64,000 nucleotides of DNA from Minisyncoccia bacterium (lineage in GTDB: Bacteria > Patescibacteriota > Minisyncoccia > UBA6257 > 2-01-FULL-56-20). The notes under the pieces are model-generated. The model worked only from the letters and a program-made list of their open reading frames with translations, had not been told where the DNA came from and ran no database searches. A program made the position numbers and the translations under genes. The first letter of the stretch is position 1; each line of letters starts with the position of its first letter. Below are positions 9,704 to 19,347 of the stretch, piece by piece. Location of the stretch: positions 1,679 through 65,678 of the forward strand of contig JBEKRC010000005.1 in the NCBI GenBank assembly GCA_049997875.1, written 5' to 3'.

Positions 9704-11401
9704 ATGAAAAAAATAACCGTTCTTAAAGAGGAAGGCGTTGCGGAGGTCATTGACCGCGTCCTTGACGAACCAGACGAAGAGATTGTGCTTGTCGTCCCGA
9801 CCGGGTCCGTGCTCGGGCGTTCGGTGCGCAATTTCCACCTTTTGAAGCGCGAGGCCTCCGCGGAGGGAAAGACGGTGGTCGTAGAATCCGTAGATGAGAC
9901 AATTCTCGCCTTTGCGAAAGAAAGCGGTCTTGAAGGAAACCATCCGCTCTGGCGCGGCGTGCGTGGTGCAGGCGGCGTTTCGGATATCGTTCCTGTAGGC
10001 GAGGAAGCAGGAGAGACACGACCGCCGAAGAAGCACGGCAGGAAAAAGGCAGAGGGGACGAAGCTCGTCGTGCGCGGGGAGCCGCCCGTGGACGGGGGTG
10101 AGTCCGATGAGGGCGAGGTTGCAGAGGAAGCGGTCGCCATTGAGGAAGCGGAGCACAGGTTTTTCAGAAGAAGAAGCCCTGCGGAACTCGCGGAACCGTC
10201 CGGACGAGAAGAAGAGGAAGAAGAGGAAGAAGTGGAAAAGAGGGTCCACCGCTCAATGCCCCGCAAGTTCGTTGTTTGGGGTCCGGGCGTGGTTATCCTT
10301 GTGCTTATCATCCTTGGCGTGATGACGTGGTATTTCGGGCGCGTCACCATCGCCATTGATTTCCAAAAAACGCCGTGGACCTATAGCGGTGCCCTCATGG
10401 CAGATAAGTCTGTTACGACAACGACGCAGAAGGCGGGCGTGATCACGATTCCGGCACAGATATTCTCCGCGCAAAAGAACACCACTCAACTTTTCCCGGC
10501 ATCCGGCAGTGCGAACGTGTCGATCAGGGCGCAGGGAACCATCACGATCTACAACGCCTACAGCTCTTCAAAGCAGGATCTTGTGGCTACCACGCGCTTT
10601 GTGACGCCGGACGGAAAACTGTTCCGGCTCGTGAGCGGCGTCACCGTGCCGGGCGCGCAGGTGACGAACGGCGCGATCGTACCGTCATCCATTGATACGC
10701 AGGTCGTCGCCGACCAGCCGGGGGCCGATTATAACGTGGGCCCCGTAGACAAATTGACCATTCCCGGTTTCCAAGGTTCTCCAAAGTATAATGCGTTCTA
10801 CGGTCAGTTGAAGAATGGAACGAGTGGCGGTTTTGTGGGAGCAAAAGCAGTGCCTACCGCGGCGGACATCGCGAGTGCGAAAACGAAGGTGACGAGTCTC
10901 CTGCAGGCGAGTCTCGCGAGCAACATCGCGACGAGCTACCCCAGCAACTTCAAGATTCTGGATGGCGCAACGAACATTAGCGTGACAAAACTCACCGCGA
11001 ACACCTCAACGGACAGCAACGGCAACTTCAGCGTTTTCGGGGAGGCTTCGCTCCAGGCGATTGGCTTTGACGAATCGGCGCTCAAGGCATACTTCCTCGC
11101 GCAGGCAGAGACGCAGACGGCAAGTTTAACCTTCGGCTCGATCCCGTCGCTGCAGTACGGCGGCGTGCATGCGGATTTTACGAAAGGCACCGTAAGCTTC
11201 TCGGTCACGGGCGAGGGGTCGCTTGAGCCTGCGTTTGATGCGGATGCGTTCAAGGCAAGTATTGCGGGAAAGAGCATCAATGATGCCCGCCAAGCGATTG
11301 CGGCGCTTCCTGAGCTTGCGGACGGCAAGATTTCCGCGTGGCCCATGTGGCTCTGGAACATCCCTTCCGATCCCAATAAGATCCGGTTGACCGTAGATTG
11401 A
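9704..11401 (+). CDS. Membrane-anchored baseplate-J-like protein of the type common in CPR genomes
   Basis: Single TM helix, then AQGTITIYN, TRFVTPDG and VVADQPGADYNVGP motifs. Confidence 0.7.
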   Translation: MKKITVLKEEGVAEVIDRVLDEPDEEIVLVVPTGSVLGRSVRNFHLLKREASAEGKTVVVESVDETILAFAKESGLEGNHPLWRGVRGAGGVSDIVPVGEEAGETRPPKKHGRKKAEGTKLVVRGEPPVDGGESDEGEVAEEAVAIEEAEHRFFRRRSPAELAEPSGREEEEEEEEVEKRVHRSMPRKFVVWGPGVVILVLIILGVMTWYFGRVTIAIDFQKTPWTYSGALMADKSVTTTTQKAGVITIPAQIFSAQKNTTQLFPASGSANVSIRAQGTITIYNAYSSSKQDLVATTRFVTPDGKLFRLVSGVTVPGAQVTNGAIVPSSIDTQVVADQPGADYNVGPVDKLTIPGFQGSPKYNAFYGQLKNGTSGGFVGAKAVPTAADIASAKTKVTSLLQASLASNIATSYPSNFKILDGATNISVTKLTANTSTDSNGNFSVFGEASLQAIGFDESALKAYFLAQAETQTASLTFGSIPSLQYGGVHADFTKGTVSFSVTGEGSLEPAFDADAFKASIAGKSINDARQAIAALPELADGKISAWPMWLWNIPSDPNKIRLTVD

Positions 11402-11482
11402 ATGGTTGACAAACAATGGGAAGGAGCGCTATAATCGTTCGGTTGCTTCCATTATGAGCATGAGCTCGGTTTTTATTTGGGA

Positions 11483-11689
11483 ATGACGGAAGGCGCAAAG
11501 GAAGGAAGAGTCCTGGAGGCCTTGCCGAGCTTGACGTTCCGGGTACAGCTCCCGGGAAGCGAGGCGCCCGTTCTCGCGCACCTCGCGGGAAAGATGAAGA
11601 TACACAATATCCGGGTTCTTCCCGGAGATCGGGTGCTCGTCACGCTTTCTCCCGATGGCACGCGAGGGCGTATCGTACGCCGGCTCTAG
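11483..11689 (+). CDS. infA: Translation initiation factor IF-1
   Basis: [26 protein letters not shown]. Confidence 0.95.
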   Translation: MTEGAKEGRVLEALPSLTFRVQLPGSEAPVLAHLAGKMKIHNIRVLPGDRVLVTLSPDGTRGRIVRRL

Positions 11690-11720
11690 ACGGGGCACAG
11701 TACCAACGTGCACGCTATCC

Positions 11721-11834
11721 ATGAAAGTGCGAAGTTCGGTAAAAAAAATTTGTGCGAGTTGCCAGGTCGTCAAACGCCGCGGCAAAATTTATATTGTGTG
11801 TAAAAATCCGAAACATAAACAGCGGCAGGGTTAG
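11721..11834 (+). CDS. rpmJ: 50S ribosomal protein L36 (absent from the ORF track)
   Basis: Translates to [37 protein letters not shown]. Confidence 0.97.
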   Translation: MKVRSSVKKICASCQVVKRRGKIYIVCKNPKHKQRQG

Positions 11835-11849
11835 TCCTTGCGTTTCCTC

Positions 11850-12233
11850 ATGCGCATTCTTGGCGTTAACATTCCAGACAATAAAAGAACGGAAATCGCG
11901 CTCACATACCTTTATGGCATCGGGCGGTCTTTGAGCGAGAAGACGCTTGCGGCAGCGAAGATAGACGGAGGGAAACGCGCGAAGGACCTTACTGCCGACG
12001 AGGTCGCGCGCATCCAGGGCTTCATAGAAAAGAATTTTGCGGTGGAGGGAACGCTTCGCCAGCGTATCAAGACCAACATCAGCCGGCTGAAAGATCTGCA
12101 GACCTATCGCGGCATGCGGCACCTCCGCCGCCTGCCCGTCCGCGGTCAGCGCACGCGCACGAATTCCCGCACTGTCCGCGGGAACGTAAGAAAGACCGCC
12201 GGCAGCGGCAAGAGAAAGGTTGAACTCAAGTAA
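11850..12233 (+). CDS. rpsM: 30S ribosomal protein S13
   Basis: ALTYLYGIG, LPVRGQRTRTNSRT. Confidence 0.97.
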   Translation: MRILGVNIPDNKRTEIALTYLYGIGRSLSEKTLAAAKIDGGKRAKDLTADEVARIQGFIEKNFAVEGTLRQRIKTNISRLKDLQTYRGMRHLRRLPVRGQRTRTNSRTVRGNVRKTAGSGKRKVELK

Positions 12234-12238
12234 TATCC

Positions 12239-12694
12239 ATGGGAAAGAAAAAGATCACGACGCCGTCGGCGGAAGAAGCCCAGAAGACGCATGAAGGGGC
12301 GGATTCGGCTGCGGCAAAGGCGGCCGCTCCCGCGAAGCGCGCGAAGAAGGTCACGCAGGGGAGGGTATACATCAACGCTTCCTATAACAACACAACGATT
12401 ACGGTGACTGACGAGCGGGGCGACGTGCTCACATGGGCGTCGGCGGGTTCGCTTGGTTTCTCCGGACCGAAGAAGGCGACGCCGTTCGCTTCGTCAAAGG
12501 TGATCGCCGCGATCGCCGAGAAGATCCAAGCCACGGGTCCTACGGACATCAATGTGATCGTAAAGGGCATTGGCTCCGGCCGCGATTCGGCCATCCGATC
12601 GCTCATCAACCAAGGATTTAATATTCTCTCCATAAAAGATGCTACGCCGATCCCGCACAACGGGCCGCGGCCGCCGAAAGTTCGCCGTGTGTAA
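12239..12694 (+). CDS. rpsK: 30S ribosomal protein S11
   Basis: ASYNNT, KKATPFA, TPIPHNG. Confidence 0.97.
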   Translation: MGKKKITTPSAEEAQKTHEGADSAAAKAAAPAKRAKKVTQGRVYINASYNNTTITVTDERGDVLTWASAGSLGFSGPKKATPFASSKVIAAIAEKIQATGPTDINVIVKGIGSGRDSAIRSLINQGFNILSIKDATPIPHNGPRPPKVRRV

Positions 12695-12706
12695 CCAAAA
12701 ACCAAC

Positions 12707-13324
12707 ATGATCGGTCCCAAAGAAAAAAGAGAACGGGCGCTTGGCACTCACCTTGGACTGAAGGGCGAGCGCGGCATGTCGCCGAAATCGGCAGTTTTGC
12801 GGAAGCCGTACCGGCCGGGCGTACACGGTCCGAGGTCGCGCCAACGTCCGCTTTCGGAGTTCGGCCTCCAGCTCCGCGAGAAACGGAAGTTCAAGCTGAG
12901 CTACGGCGTTGACGAACGCGGCTTGAAGCGGCTTTTCAAGATGGCAGTAGCGGCCAAGGGCGCTTCCGGCGCGAAGATGTTGGAGTTCCTTGAGAGCCGC
13001 TTGGACAACGTGATATATCGCCTTGGTTTCGCCCCCACGCGGCTCGCCGCGCGGCAGCTCGTCGTCCACGGCCACATTGCCGTGAATAAAAAGAAGGTGC
13101 ACTCGCCGGGCTTCATGGTGAAGAGCGGGGACGTCGTCGCCGTGCGCGAAGGTTCCGAGACGAACATGGCGATCGCAAAGCGCAGGGAACTGCTTAAAAA
13201 ATTCGATCCGCCTTCCTGGCTTTCGCTCCACCCGGAGAAGATGGAAGGCACGGTGCTTTCCCCGCCCACGGACTCCGACATTCCCTTTGAAATAAACCTT
13301 TTGGTCGAATCATTCTCAAAATAA
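12707..13324 (+). CDS. rpsD: 30S ribosomal protein S4
   Basis: QLREK, LESRLDNVIYRLG, ARQLVVHGH. Confidence 0.97.
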   Translation: MIGPKEKRERALGTHLGLKGERGMSPKSAVLRKPYRPGVHGPRSRQRPLSEFGLQLREKRKFKLSYGVDERGLKRLFKMAVAAKGASGAKMLEFLESRLDNVIYRLGFAPTRLAARQLVVHGHIAVNKKKVHSPGFMVKSGDVVAVREGSETNMAIAKRRELLKKFDPPSWLSLHPEKMEGTVLSPPTDSDIPFEINLLVESFSK

Positions 13325-13329
13325 AAACT

Positions 13330-14106
13330 ATGGAATACGCATACTTAAGCTCAACAGTTTCCGTAAAGACCGTCTCCGAGGACGCGAAGAAAGGCGTGTT
13401 TGAAGTAGAGGGCCTTTTTGCCGGTTACGGGCTTACCATGGGGAACGCGCTGCGGCGGGTGCTTCTCTCCTCCCTTCCCGGCGCCGCAGTGACGGAGGTC
13501 AAAATCAAGGGCGTGCCGCACGAGTTCTCCACCCTGCCCGGCGTTAAGGAAGACATCGTGGAGCTCATGCTCAACTTTAAAAAACTCCGTTTTCGCCTGC
13601 ACGTGGACGAGCCCCAGATACTTGCCTTGAAGGTAAAAGGCGAGCGGGCGGTTACCGGAAACGACATTGCGCTGAATTCCAGCGTGGAATTGATGAATCC
13701 GGACGAGGCGCTTGCGATGCTCACCGCGGAGGATGCGGAGCTTGACATGGAAGTGAAAGTGGAACGCGGTCTCGGCTATGTGCCCGTGGAGGCCCGCAAA
13801 ACCGAAGGGCGCCTTGCCATCGGCACGATCGCGATAGATGCGATCTTCACGCCCGTCACGCGCGTGAACTACACGGTGGAAGACATGCGCGTGGGCGACC
13901 GGACGGACTACAACCGCCTGCGCCTTGAGATTGAAACCGACGGCACTATAAGTCCTTCTTCGGCGCTCCACAAAGCGGCGAACGTCCTGAGGGACCACTC
14001 TGAAAAAGTGGCGGCGGTCGCCGTCGCGGAGTTTGAAGCGCCGAAGGCCGCGGCGCATGCCGAACCGAAAAAGAAAAGTCGTTCAAAGAAAGCGAACGAA
14101 AAATAG
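13330..14106 (+). CDS. rpoA: RNA polymerase alpha subunit, N-terminal domain only
   Basis: GYGLTMGNALRRVLLSS, HEFSTLPGVKED; ends in a basic tail at 258 aa. Confidence 0.95.
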   Translation: MEYAYLSSTVSVKTVSEDAKKGVFEVEGLFAGYGLTMGNALRRVLLSSLPGAAVTEVKIKGVPHEFSTLPGVKEDIVELMLNFKKLRFRLHVDEPQILALKVKGERAVTGNDIALNSSVELMNPDEALAMLTAEDAELDMEVKVERGLGYVPVEARKTEGRLAIGTIAIDAIFTPVTRVNYTVEDMRVGDRTDYNRLRLEIETDGTISPSSALHKAANVLRDHSEKVAAVAVAEFEAPKAAAHAEPKKKSRSKKANEK

Positions 14107-14118
14107 CCGGCGGATCCC

Positions 14119-14472
14119 ATGCGTCACTTGAAGAAAGGCAAAAAGTTCGGTCGTTTGCGCGGAGCGCGGATTTCCTTCATGCGTAATTTGGCGAACGACC
14201 TCATCCGCGCGGGCCGCATCACGACGACGGAGGCGCGCGCGAAGGCGATCCGCCCGCAGATGGAGCGTTTGGTCACGTTTGCGAAGAAACAGACGCTTGC
14301 CGCCCGCCGCGAACTTTTGAGCCGCGTGCACAACGAGAAGATCGTGAACAAGCTTTATTACGACATCGGTCCGCGCTACGCGGAGCGCCATGGCGGATAC
14401 CTGCGCATCACGAAGCTCGCGAAGAGCCGCAAACGGGACGGCGTACGCATGGCACGCATAGAATTTGTCTAA
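14119..14472 (+). CDS. rplQ: 50S ribosomal protein L17
   Basis: MRH, ITTTEARAK, RHGGYLRI. Confidence 0.97.
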   Translation: MRHLKKGKKFGRLRGARISFMRNLANDLIRAGRITTTEARAKAIRPQMERLVTFAKKQTLAARRELLSRVHNEKIVNKLYYDIGPRYAERHGGYLRITKLAKSRKRDGVRMARIEFV

Positions 14473-14484
14473 CGCGCAATTTTT

Positions 14485-14832
14485 ATGGACTACCACATTG
14501 ACGCAAAAAATAAAGTACTGGGACGCGTGGCATCGGAGATCGCACTCATGCTCCAGGGCAAGAAGAGCGCTTCGTACGCGCGGAACCGCGTTTCGGGCGA
14601 TAAGGTGTATGTGAAGAATTACAAGGACATCATGGTGACCGGCGCGAAGCGCACGCAAAAGATTTACTACCACCACACGGGCTACGTGGGACACTTGAAG
14701 GAACTCACGTTTGAGCAGAAGTTCGCGAAGGATCCGAAGTCGGTCCTCCGGCGCGCGGTCCGCAAAATGCTTCCCCGGAATTTCCTGACGCAGAAAAGGT
14801 TGAACAATTTGATATTTGTGGACGGCGAATAA
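14485..14832 (+). CDS. rplM: 50S ribosomal protein L13
   Basis: IDAKNKVLGRVAS, YYHHTGY, AVRKMLP. Confidence 0.96.
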   Translation: MDYHIDAKNKVLGRVASEIALMLQGKKSASYARNRVSGDKVYVKNYKDIMVTGAKRTQKIYYHHTGYVGHLKELTFEQKFAKDPKSVLRRAVRKMLPRNFLTQKRLNNLIFVDGE

Positions 14833-14858
14833 TAACCCGCGCAAAAAGATCTAAAACC

Positions 14859-15398
14859 ATGCCTAGCGAAAAAGAAACCAAGCATACTCCAGTGCACACC
14901 GCGCCGCGCGCGCATCGGGTGCCTGCAGCGGCAGCGCGTACGGCCGTCCTGCACTCGGCGCACGCTGCTGCTGCCGAAGTGCATAGGCCCCGCCCAACAC
15001 GTGCCGCCCCAGAGGGGCGCTACAGCGAGGCCATCGGCCGCCGCAAGACCGCCGTTGCGCGCGTGCGGATCATGGCGGGCAAAGGAAAAGTGACCGTGAA
15101 CGGCAAAGAACCAACGCAATATTTCGTGCTGCCGCGGCTTCTTGCGATCGCGCTTGCTCCGCTTCGCGAACTGAAGCTTGATGACATTGACGTGAGTGTG
15201 AAGATCGGGGGCGGTGGCATAAGCGCCCAAGCCGAAGCCGTGCGCCACGGCATCTCCCGCGCGATCGTCGTCCGGACGTCCGAATGGAAACCGCGCCTTC
15301 GCGCGTTGGGCTACCTCACCCGCGACTCCCGCATGGTAGAGCGCAAGAAGTACGGCCTCAAAAAAGCGCGCAGGGCTCCACAATGGGCCAAGCGTTAG
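14859..15398 (+). CDS. rpsI: 30S ribosomal protein S9 with a long N-terminal extension
   Basis: GRRKTAVARV, GGGISAQAEA, ERKKYGLKKARRAPQWAKR. Confidence 0.97.
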   Translation: MPSEKETKHTPVHTAPRAHRVPAAAARTAVLHSAHAAAAEVHRPRPTRAAPEGRYSEAIGRRKTAVARVRIMAGKGKVTVNGKEPTQYFVLPRLLAIALAPLRELKLDDIDVSVKIGGGGISAQAEAVRHGISRAIVVRTSEWKPRLRALGYLTRDSRMVERKKYGLKKARRAPQWAKR

Positions 15399-15400
15399 AG

Positions 15401-15434
15401 AAAATGAAAAACCCCAAAAGGGGTTTTTCATTTT
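15401..15434 (+). terminator. Terminator of the ribosomal protein operon
   Basis: AAAATGAAAAACCCC-AAAA-GGGGTTTTTCATTTT. Confidence 0.8.
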
Positions 15435-15454
15435 CAGCTTAGCCCATTGTGGCG

Positions 15455-15568
15455 AAGGAGGGGTCGGGAGGAACGTTAGGTTCCTCCCGTGCGGGAGAGA
15501 GGTTGAGAACCGAGGGTTCTCAAGGAGCGAGCCGGTCTGACCGGCGAGCGACCCTCAGTGGGCGGAGC
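15455..15568 (+). repeat. Multi-hairpin intergenic repeat, family B, copy 1
   Basis: GGGGTCGGG, GAACCGAG.GGTTC and AGGAGCG.GCCGGTCT.ACCGGC..GCGAC blocks shared with 46662-46796 and, in part, 63933-63990. Confidence 0.7.
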
Positions 15569-15635
15569 ATTGAACCTGTACAGGTATCTATGAAAAGGTC
15601 GGCTTGGACAAGCACTCGTTATTCACGAGCTGACA

Positions 15636-15667
15636 ATCAAAAAAGCCCCCTCAGGGGCTTTTTTGAT
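15636..15667. terminator. Bidirectional terminator abutting the AIPR stop codon
   Basis: ATCAAAAAAGCCCC-CTCA-GGGGCTTTTTTGAT. Confidence 0.8.
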
Positions 15668-16801
15668 CTACAAGGCGTCGTAGCACATACGCCATGTTGC
15701 AGCAGCCTTCCCAAGCTTATTTGCATTTTGTGAGAAGTTTACTGCATCCTTGATTGCAGATGCCACATCGTGCTGTTTCTGTTTCCAGATGTTGAACGGA
15801 TTCTCCGTCCAAGACCAATCACCAGTGTGATTGATATACTTTCGGAATCCAGCGAGGATTGGATAGATGAAGCCGTCAGGATAGTCGTATTCTGTGGTTC
15901 CGTCAGTGAATCTGAGAGGTTCGGGTTCTCTATATTTTGAAACCCCCATGGTTTCCAAAGCGCCGAATTTGCCAGGAAGCTCGTTGTAAGCGCTTGGAAG
16001 GTCGCGATAGATCGCATCCCGGAGCTCAAGTATTTCCGGCAGAATCTTGCTGGCCCTGGCGAGCACATCCTTGCGGTCTCTGCCTCTGTCATCTTTGTTC
16101 GCATAGAAGTCCACAACGGCACCCTTAGAAGAATAGGCTTGGATAGGGTGCGTATTCTTGTTGAAGGATCCATCAAGACAGTAGACGTACGAAAGAATTT
16201 CACGAATTGAGATATCCTTCCGCCTATCATCGAGCCCAACCTCATATTCTGAGTACGCGATCCGGTCCCTATAGCGTGGATCAGTAAGCGCCCGCTTTAT
16301 CGGTTCGTAGGATTTGGCGAGATTTTCCAACGAGATTTCCTGAGCAGCGCGGGAGCGATTTCGTCCATCAACTATGTCGACAAGTTCGTCTGGGTCGAGT
16401 TCTCCGACAATACATTCCACTTTAATCTCTGCGTTCACGTTGGCCGTCCGGAGTACCTCTCGTATCGCGGAAAAAGTATGCCCGCCGTTCGCTATGCCAT
16501 GCTTGTTCTTATCGGAGAATGTCACGGTGACCATGTTCATCTTGTTGTCGAAGTCGATCGCTGGCGCCAGGATGGTGATGCCCAGATTTCGAAAGATCAT
16601 CTCACTGGGCTCATTCCTGAGGGTATCAAGAATGGCGTTGTAGACATCGCCGCGAACGTTGGTATCGCGGACGTTCACATCACGCCAGTCTTCCCACTCT
16701 GCCGGAATGTTGGCAATCGGGGCGGCGAAAACGCAGATTCGCCGACTATCTTCTGACTCGTACAGATTCCTAAATGAATCTACTTTAAATTTGAAGACCA
16801 T
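15668..16801 (-). CDS. AIPR-family protein (abortive-infection associated)
   Basis: NVR, FRNLGITI, IANGGHT and GRN motifs of the AIPR domain. Confidence 0.8.
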   Translation of the reverse strand: MVFKFKVDSFRNLYESEDSRRICVFAAPIANIPAEWEDWRDVNVRDTNVRGDVYNAILDTLRNEPSEMIFRNLGITILAPAIDFDNKMNMVTVTFSDKNKHGIANGGHTFSAIREVLRTANVNAEIKVECIVGELDPDELVDIVDGRNRSRAAQEISLENLAKSYEPIKRALTDPRYRDRIAYSEYEVGLDDRRKDISIREILSYVYCLDGSFNKNTHPIQAYSSKGAVVDFYANKDDRGRDRKDVLARASKILPEILELRDAIYRDLPSAYNELPGKFGALETMGVSKYREPEPLRFTDGTTEYDYPDGFIYPILAGFRKYINHTGDWSWTENPFNIWKQKQHDVASAIKDAVNFSQNANKLGKAAATWRMCYDAL

Positions 16802-17013
16802 ATAATTCTTACTTTTGTATCGCTTTTCGACTAAAAAAGCGCTTGTTGTAAGCGCTAACAGATACAACCCCAAAAGTTGTTGGTTGATTACGGAGTTTCG
16901 ACCCGTATCTGTCTGCGAGAGAGTATTTCATCCCGTCGCCCGCTAAAGCGGATTGGCAGCGCGCTTGGCTAACCAATACTTTAATTATAGATCTGCATAT
17001 ATAATCTTGTCAA
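16802..17013 (-). promoter_or_regulatory. Promoter and structured leader with internal terminator before the AIPR gene
   Basis: TTGACA 17013-17008, 18-bp spacer, TATAAT 16989-16984; AGCGCTT/AAGCGCT hairpin plus U tract at 16856-16833. Confidence 0.6.
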
Positions 17014-17105
17014 GTGGAAATCGTGTAAAGTCGCGCTACGACCCTATTTCCCGTCCAGAAATAAGGCTGTTTTTATTCTCTGCGGTCCGTACTATACTTT
17101 GCTCA

Positions 17106-17969
17106 ATGGGAATGCCCGTTAAAAAACTTAAGAATGGTTTTGCGATGCCGGTGTTTGGCATAGGCACGTGGTATATGGGCGGCGGACTGGAGGCGGATAC
17201 CAGGAATGACGAGAAAGATATTCACGCCCTGCGCGCATCTATGGATGTGGGCATCACGCATATAGATTCGGCTGAACTCTATGGCCGCGGACACGCGGAG
17301 GAGCTGGTTGGTCAAGCCATTCAGGGACGCAATCGGTCTACGCTGTTTCTCGTGTCCAAGGTTTTTAAGGAACACCTGAAACATGAAGACGTCTTGGCCT
17401 CCTGCAGGGCATCCCTCGGACGTCTCGGGACGGAATATCTGGACCTTTATCTTGTCCATGCGCCAAATCCCGATATTCCCATCCGGGAAACTATGAAAGC
17501 ATTTGACGAGCTCAAGGAACAAGGGTTGATAAAAAACATAGGGGTGAGCAATTTTAATGTTGAGCAACTTGAAGCGGCGCGGGCCGCCACGAAGAATCCT
17601 ATCGTCGTTGACCAGCTTCATTACAGTCTCGCGTACAGGACATGGCAAGATGCGGTGGAATATTGCGAGGAGAACGATATCCTTATAACCGCATATCGTC
17701 CCGTTGAAAGAGGGGTTCTTACCACTCCCGGCGTGGCGATTCTCGACGCAATGTGCCGCAAGTACAAAAAGACGCCCGCACAAGTTGCTATACAATGGCT
17801 TATCTCTCAGGACAATGTCGTTACGATCGCAAAAATGAGCAGTGCCGACCATCTGAACGAAAACCTTGGAGCGCTTGGCTGGAACATGGACATAAGGGAC
17901 GTGGAGAAATTGAAGAAGGAATTCCCAGAGGTGGAACTCCCGCGCACAGTGGTCAAATTCGAAAAGTAG
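17106..17969 (+). CDS. Aldo/keto reductase
   Basis: GIGTW, HIDSAELYG, YLDLYLVH, IGVSNF. Confidence 0.93.
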   Translation: MGMPVKKLKNGFAMPVFGIGTWYMGGGLEADTRNDEKDIHALRASMDVGITHIDSAELYGRGHAEELVGQAIQGRNRSTLFLVSKVFKEHLKHEDVLASCRASLGRLGTEYLDLYLVHAPNPDIPIRETMKAFDELKEQGLIKNIGVSNFNVEQLEAARAATKNPIVVDQLHYSLAYRTWQDAVEYCEENDILITAYRPVERGVLTTPGVAILDAMCRKYKKTPAQVAIQWLISQDNVVTIAKMSSADHLNENLGALGWNMDIRDVEKLKKEFPEVELPRTVVKFEK

Positions 17970-17987
17970 CAATATAATCTTTGCATC

Positions 17988-18869
17988 GTGGGAAAAGTTA
18001 AAAAAGAAAACGGCTATGAGAAGATCGGTCCTATGGCATGGGCCGTGGCGTATTTCCGGACATTCTCGGATATCAAATACGCCAAGGAGATCTTTGAAGA
18101 ACTTGACAGTGTAGTGAAGCCAGCCGATCCTGTTCGGCTGGAATATATGGAAAGCGCAAAGCGGTTCAATTTCGCGCCGCAATTTGAAGCCCGTTATAAA
18201 CTTATCAACCGGCTGCTGAAGGAAAACAAGACAAACCAAATCTTAGAACTCGCGGCGGGCCTTGCGGGACGGGGGCTCGCGATGGCAGAAGAAGATCCAT
18301 CGTTACAATATGTGGAGGTTGATCTTCCGGCAATGGCGGCGCATAAGAGGAGAATGCTTCAAAACCTGTTTGCAAAGGGCAAGGCGAAACCTCAAAGCAA
18401 CCTCCACGTGGAGGACGGGAATGCCCTGGATGAGAACTCTCTCTTCGCCGCCACTCGCTATTTCAAGGACGAGCCCATCTCGGTGGTTAATGAGGGGTTG
18501 TTGAGATACCTGACCCTTGATGAGAAGAAGATCGTGGCGGAGAATGTGTGCTCCTTGCTTCAGAAATTCGGCGGCGTATGGATTACTTCCGACATCACCA
18601 CCAAAAAGGTATTGGCGTATGAGGAGGAGAGAACAGACAACCTTGCGAGGGTGAAGGCGATGGCGGGAATTGACGTTGAAGCAAATCGCTTTGAGGATCA
18701 AGACGCGGCGCAGAAGTTCTTTGAAGACCTCGGGTTCAGTGTTGAACGGCACAGTTTCCTTGAGGCCGCGAACGAATTAGTTTCGCCTAAAAAATTAGGA
18801 CTTTCGGATCAAGAAGTGGAAAACATGATTAAACATGCTACGGTGTTTGTGATGAGGCTGCGGCAGTAA
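17988..18869 (+). CDS. Class I SAM-dependent methyltransferase (LCM-like)
   Basis: ILELAAGL, YVEVDLP, NEGLLRYL. Confidence 0.85.
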   Translation: MGKVKKENGYEKIGPMAWAVAYFRTFSDIKYAKEIFEELDSVVKPADPVRLEYMESAKRFNFAPQFEARYKLINRLLKENKTNQILELAAGLAGRGLAMAEEDPSLQYVEVDLPAMAAHKRRMLQNLFAKGKAKPQSNLHVEDGNALDENSLFAATRYFKDEPISVVNEGLLRYLTLDEKKIVAENVCSLLQKFGGVWITSDITTKKVLAYEEERTDNLARVKAMAGIDVEANRFEDQDAAQKFFEDLGFSVERHSFLEAANELVSPKKLGLSDQEVENMIKHATVFVMRLRQ

Positions 18870-18902
18870 CCATTTTAGGGCGAAGCGGTATAATGAGAGA
18901 AA

Positions 18903-19340
18903 ATGCTCGATATACATATAAAGACTATTCCTCATAAGGAGCAGCGCTATCCGACGCTTGGAGATTATTGGCGCAACAATGAGGGAACACAGGAGATGCG
19001 TATATCCGAGATGGGGAATGACGATTATGCATTTATGATTGCCGTTCACGAGTTGATTGAGTGGTATCTTACGGAAAAACGCGGCATCAAGGAAGAAGAC
19101 ATCAAGGCTTTTGATGAAGCGTTTGAAAAAGAACGATTGCAAGGCCTCCATACTGAGAAAGATGAGGCGGGTTTTGACCCGCGGGCGCCATACATGAAAG
19201 AACACGCTTTCGCTACGAATATTGAGAAACAGCTTGCGAAAGAGCTCGGCGTGGATTGGAACAAATACGATGCGGAAATCAAGGCTCTTTTTGCACGGCT
19301 TGAGACATCGGGAGACACTAAAGCCGGAACGGGAGTATAA
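18903..19340 (+). CDS. Hypothetical protein with an HExxE motif
   Basis: QRYPTLGDYW, AVHELIE, APYMKEH. Confidence 0.7.
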   Translation: MLDIHIKTIPHKEQRYPTLGDYWRNNEGTQEMRISEMGNDDYAFMIAVHELIEWYLTEKRGIKEEDIKAFDEAFEKERLQGLHTEKDEAGFDPRAPYMKEHAFATNIEKQLAKELGVDWNKYDAEIKALFARLETSGDTKAGTGV

Positions 19341-19347
19341 TGGCCAT

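Noticed and set aside
9704-11401. Prophage suggested by the baseplate-J-like gene
   Set aside because: No other phage genes; host-like composition and housekeeping context
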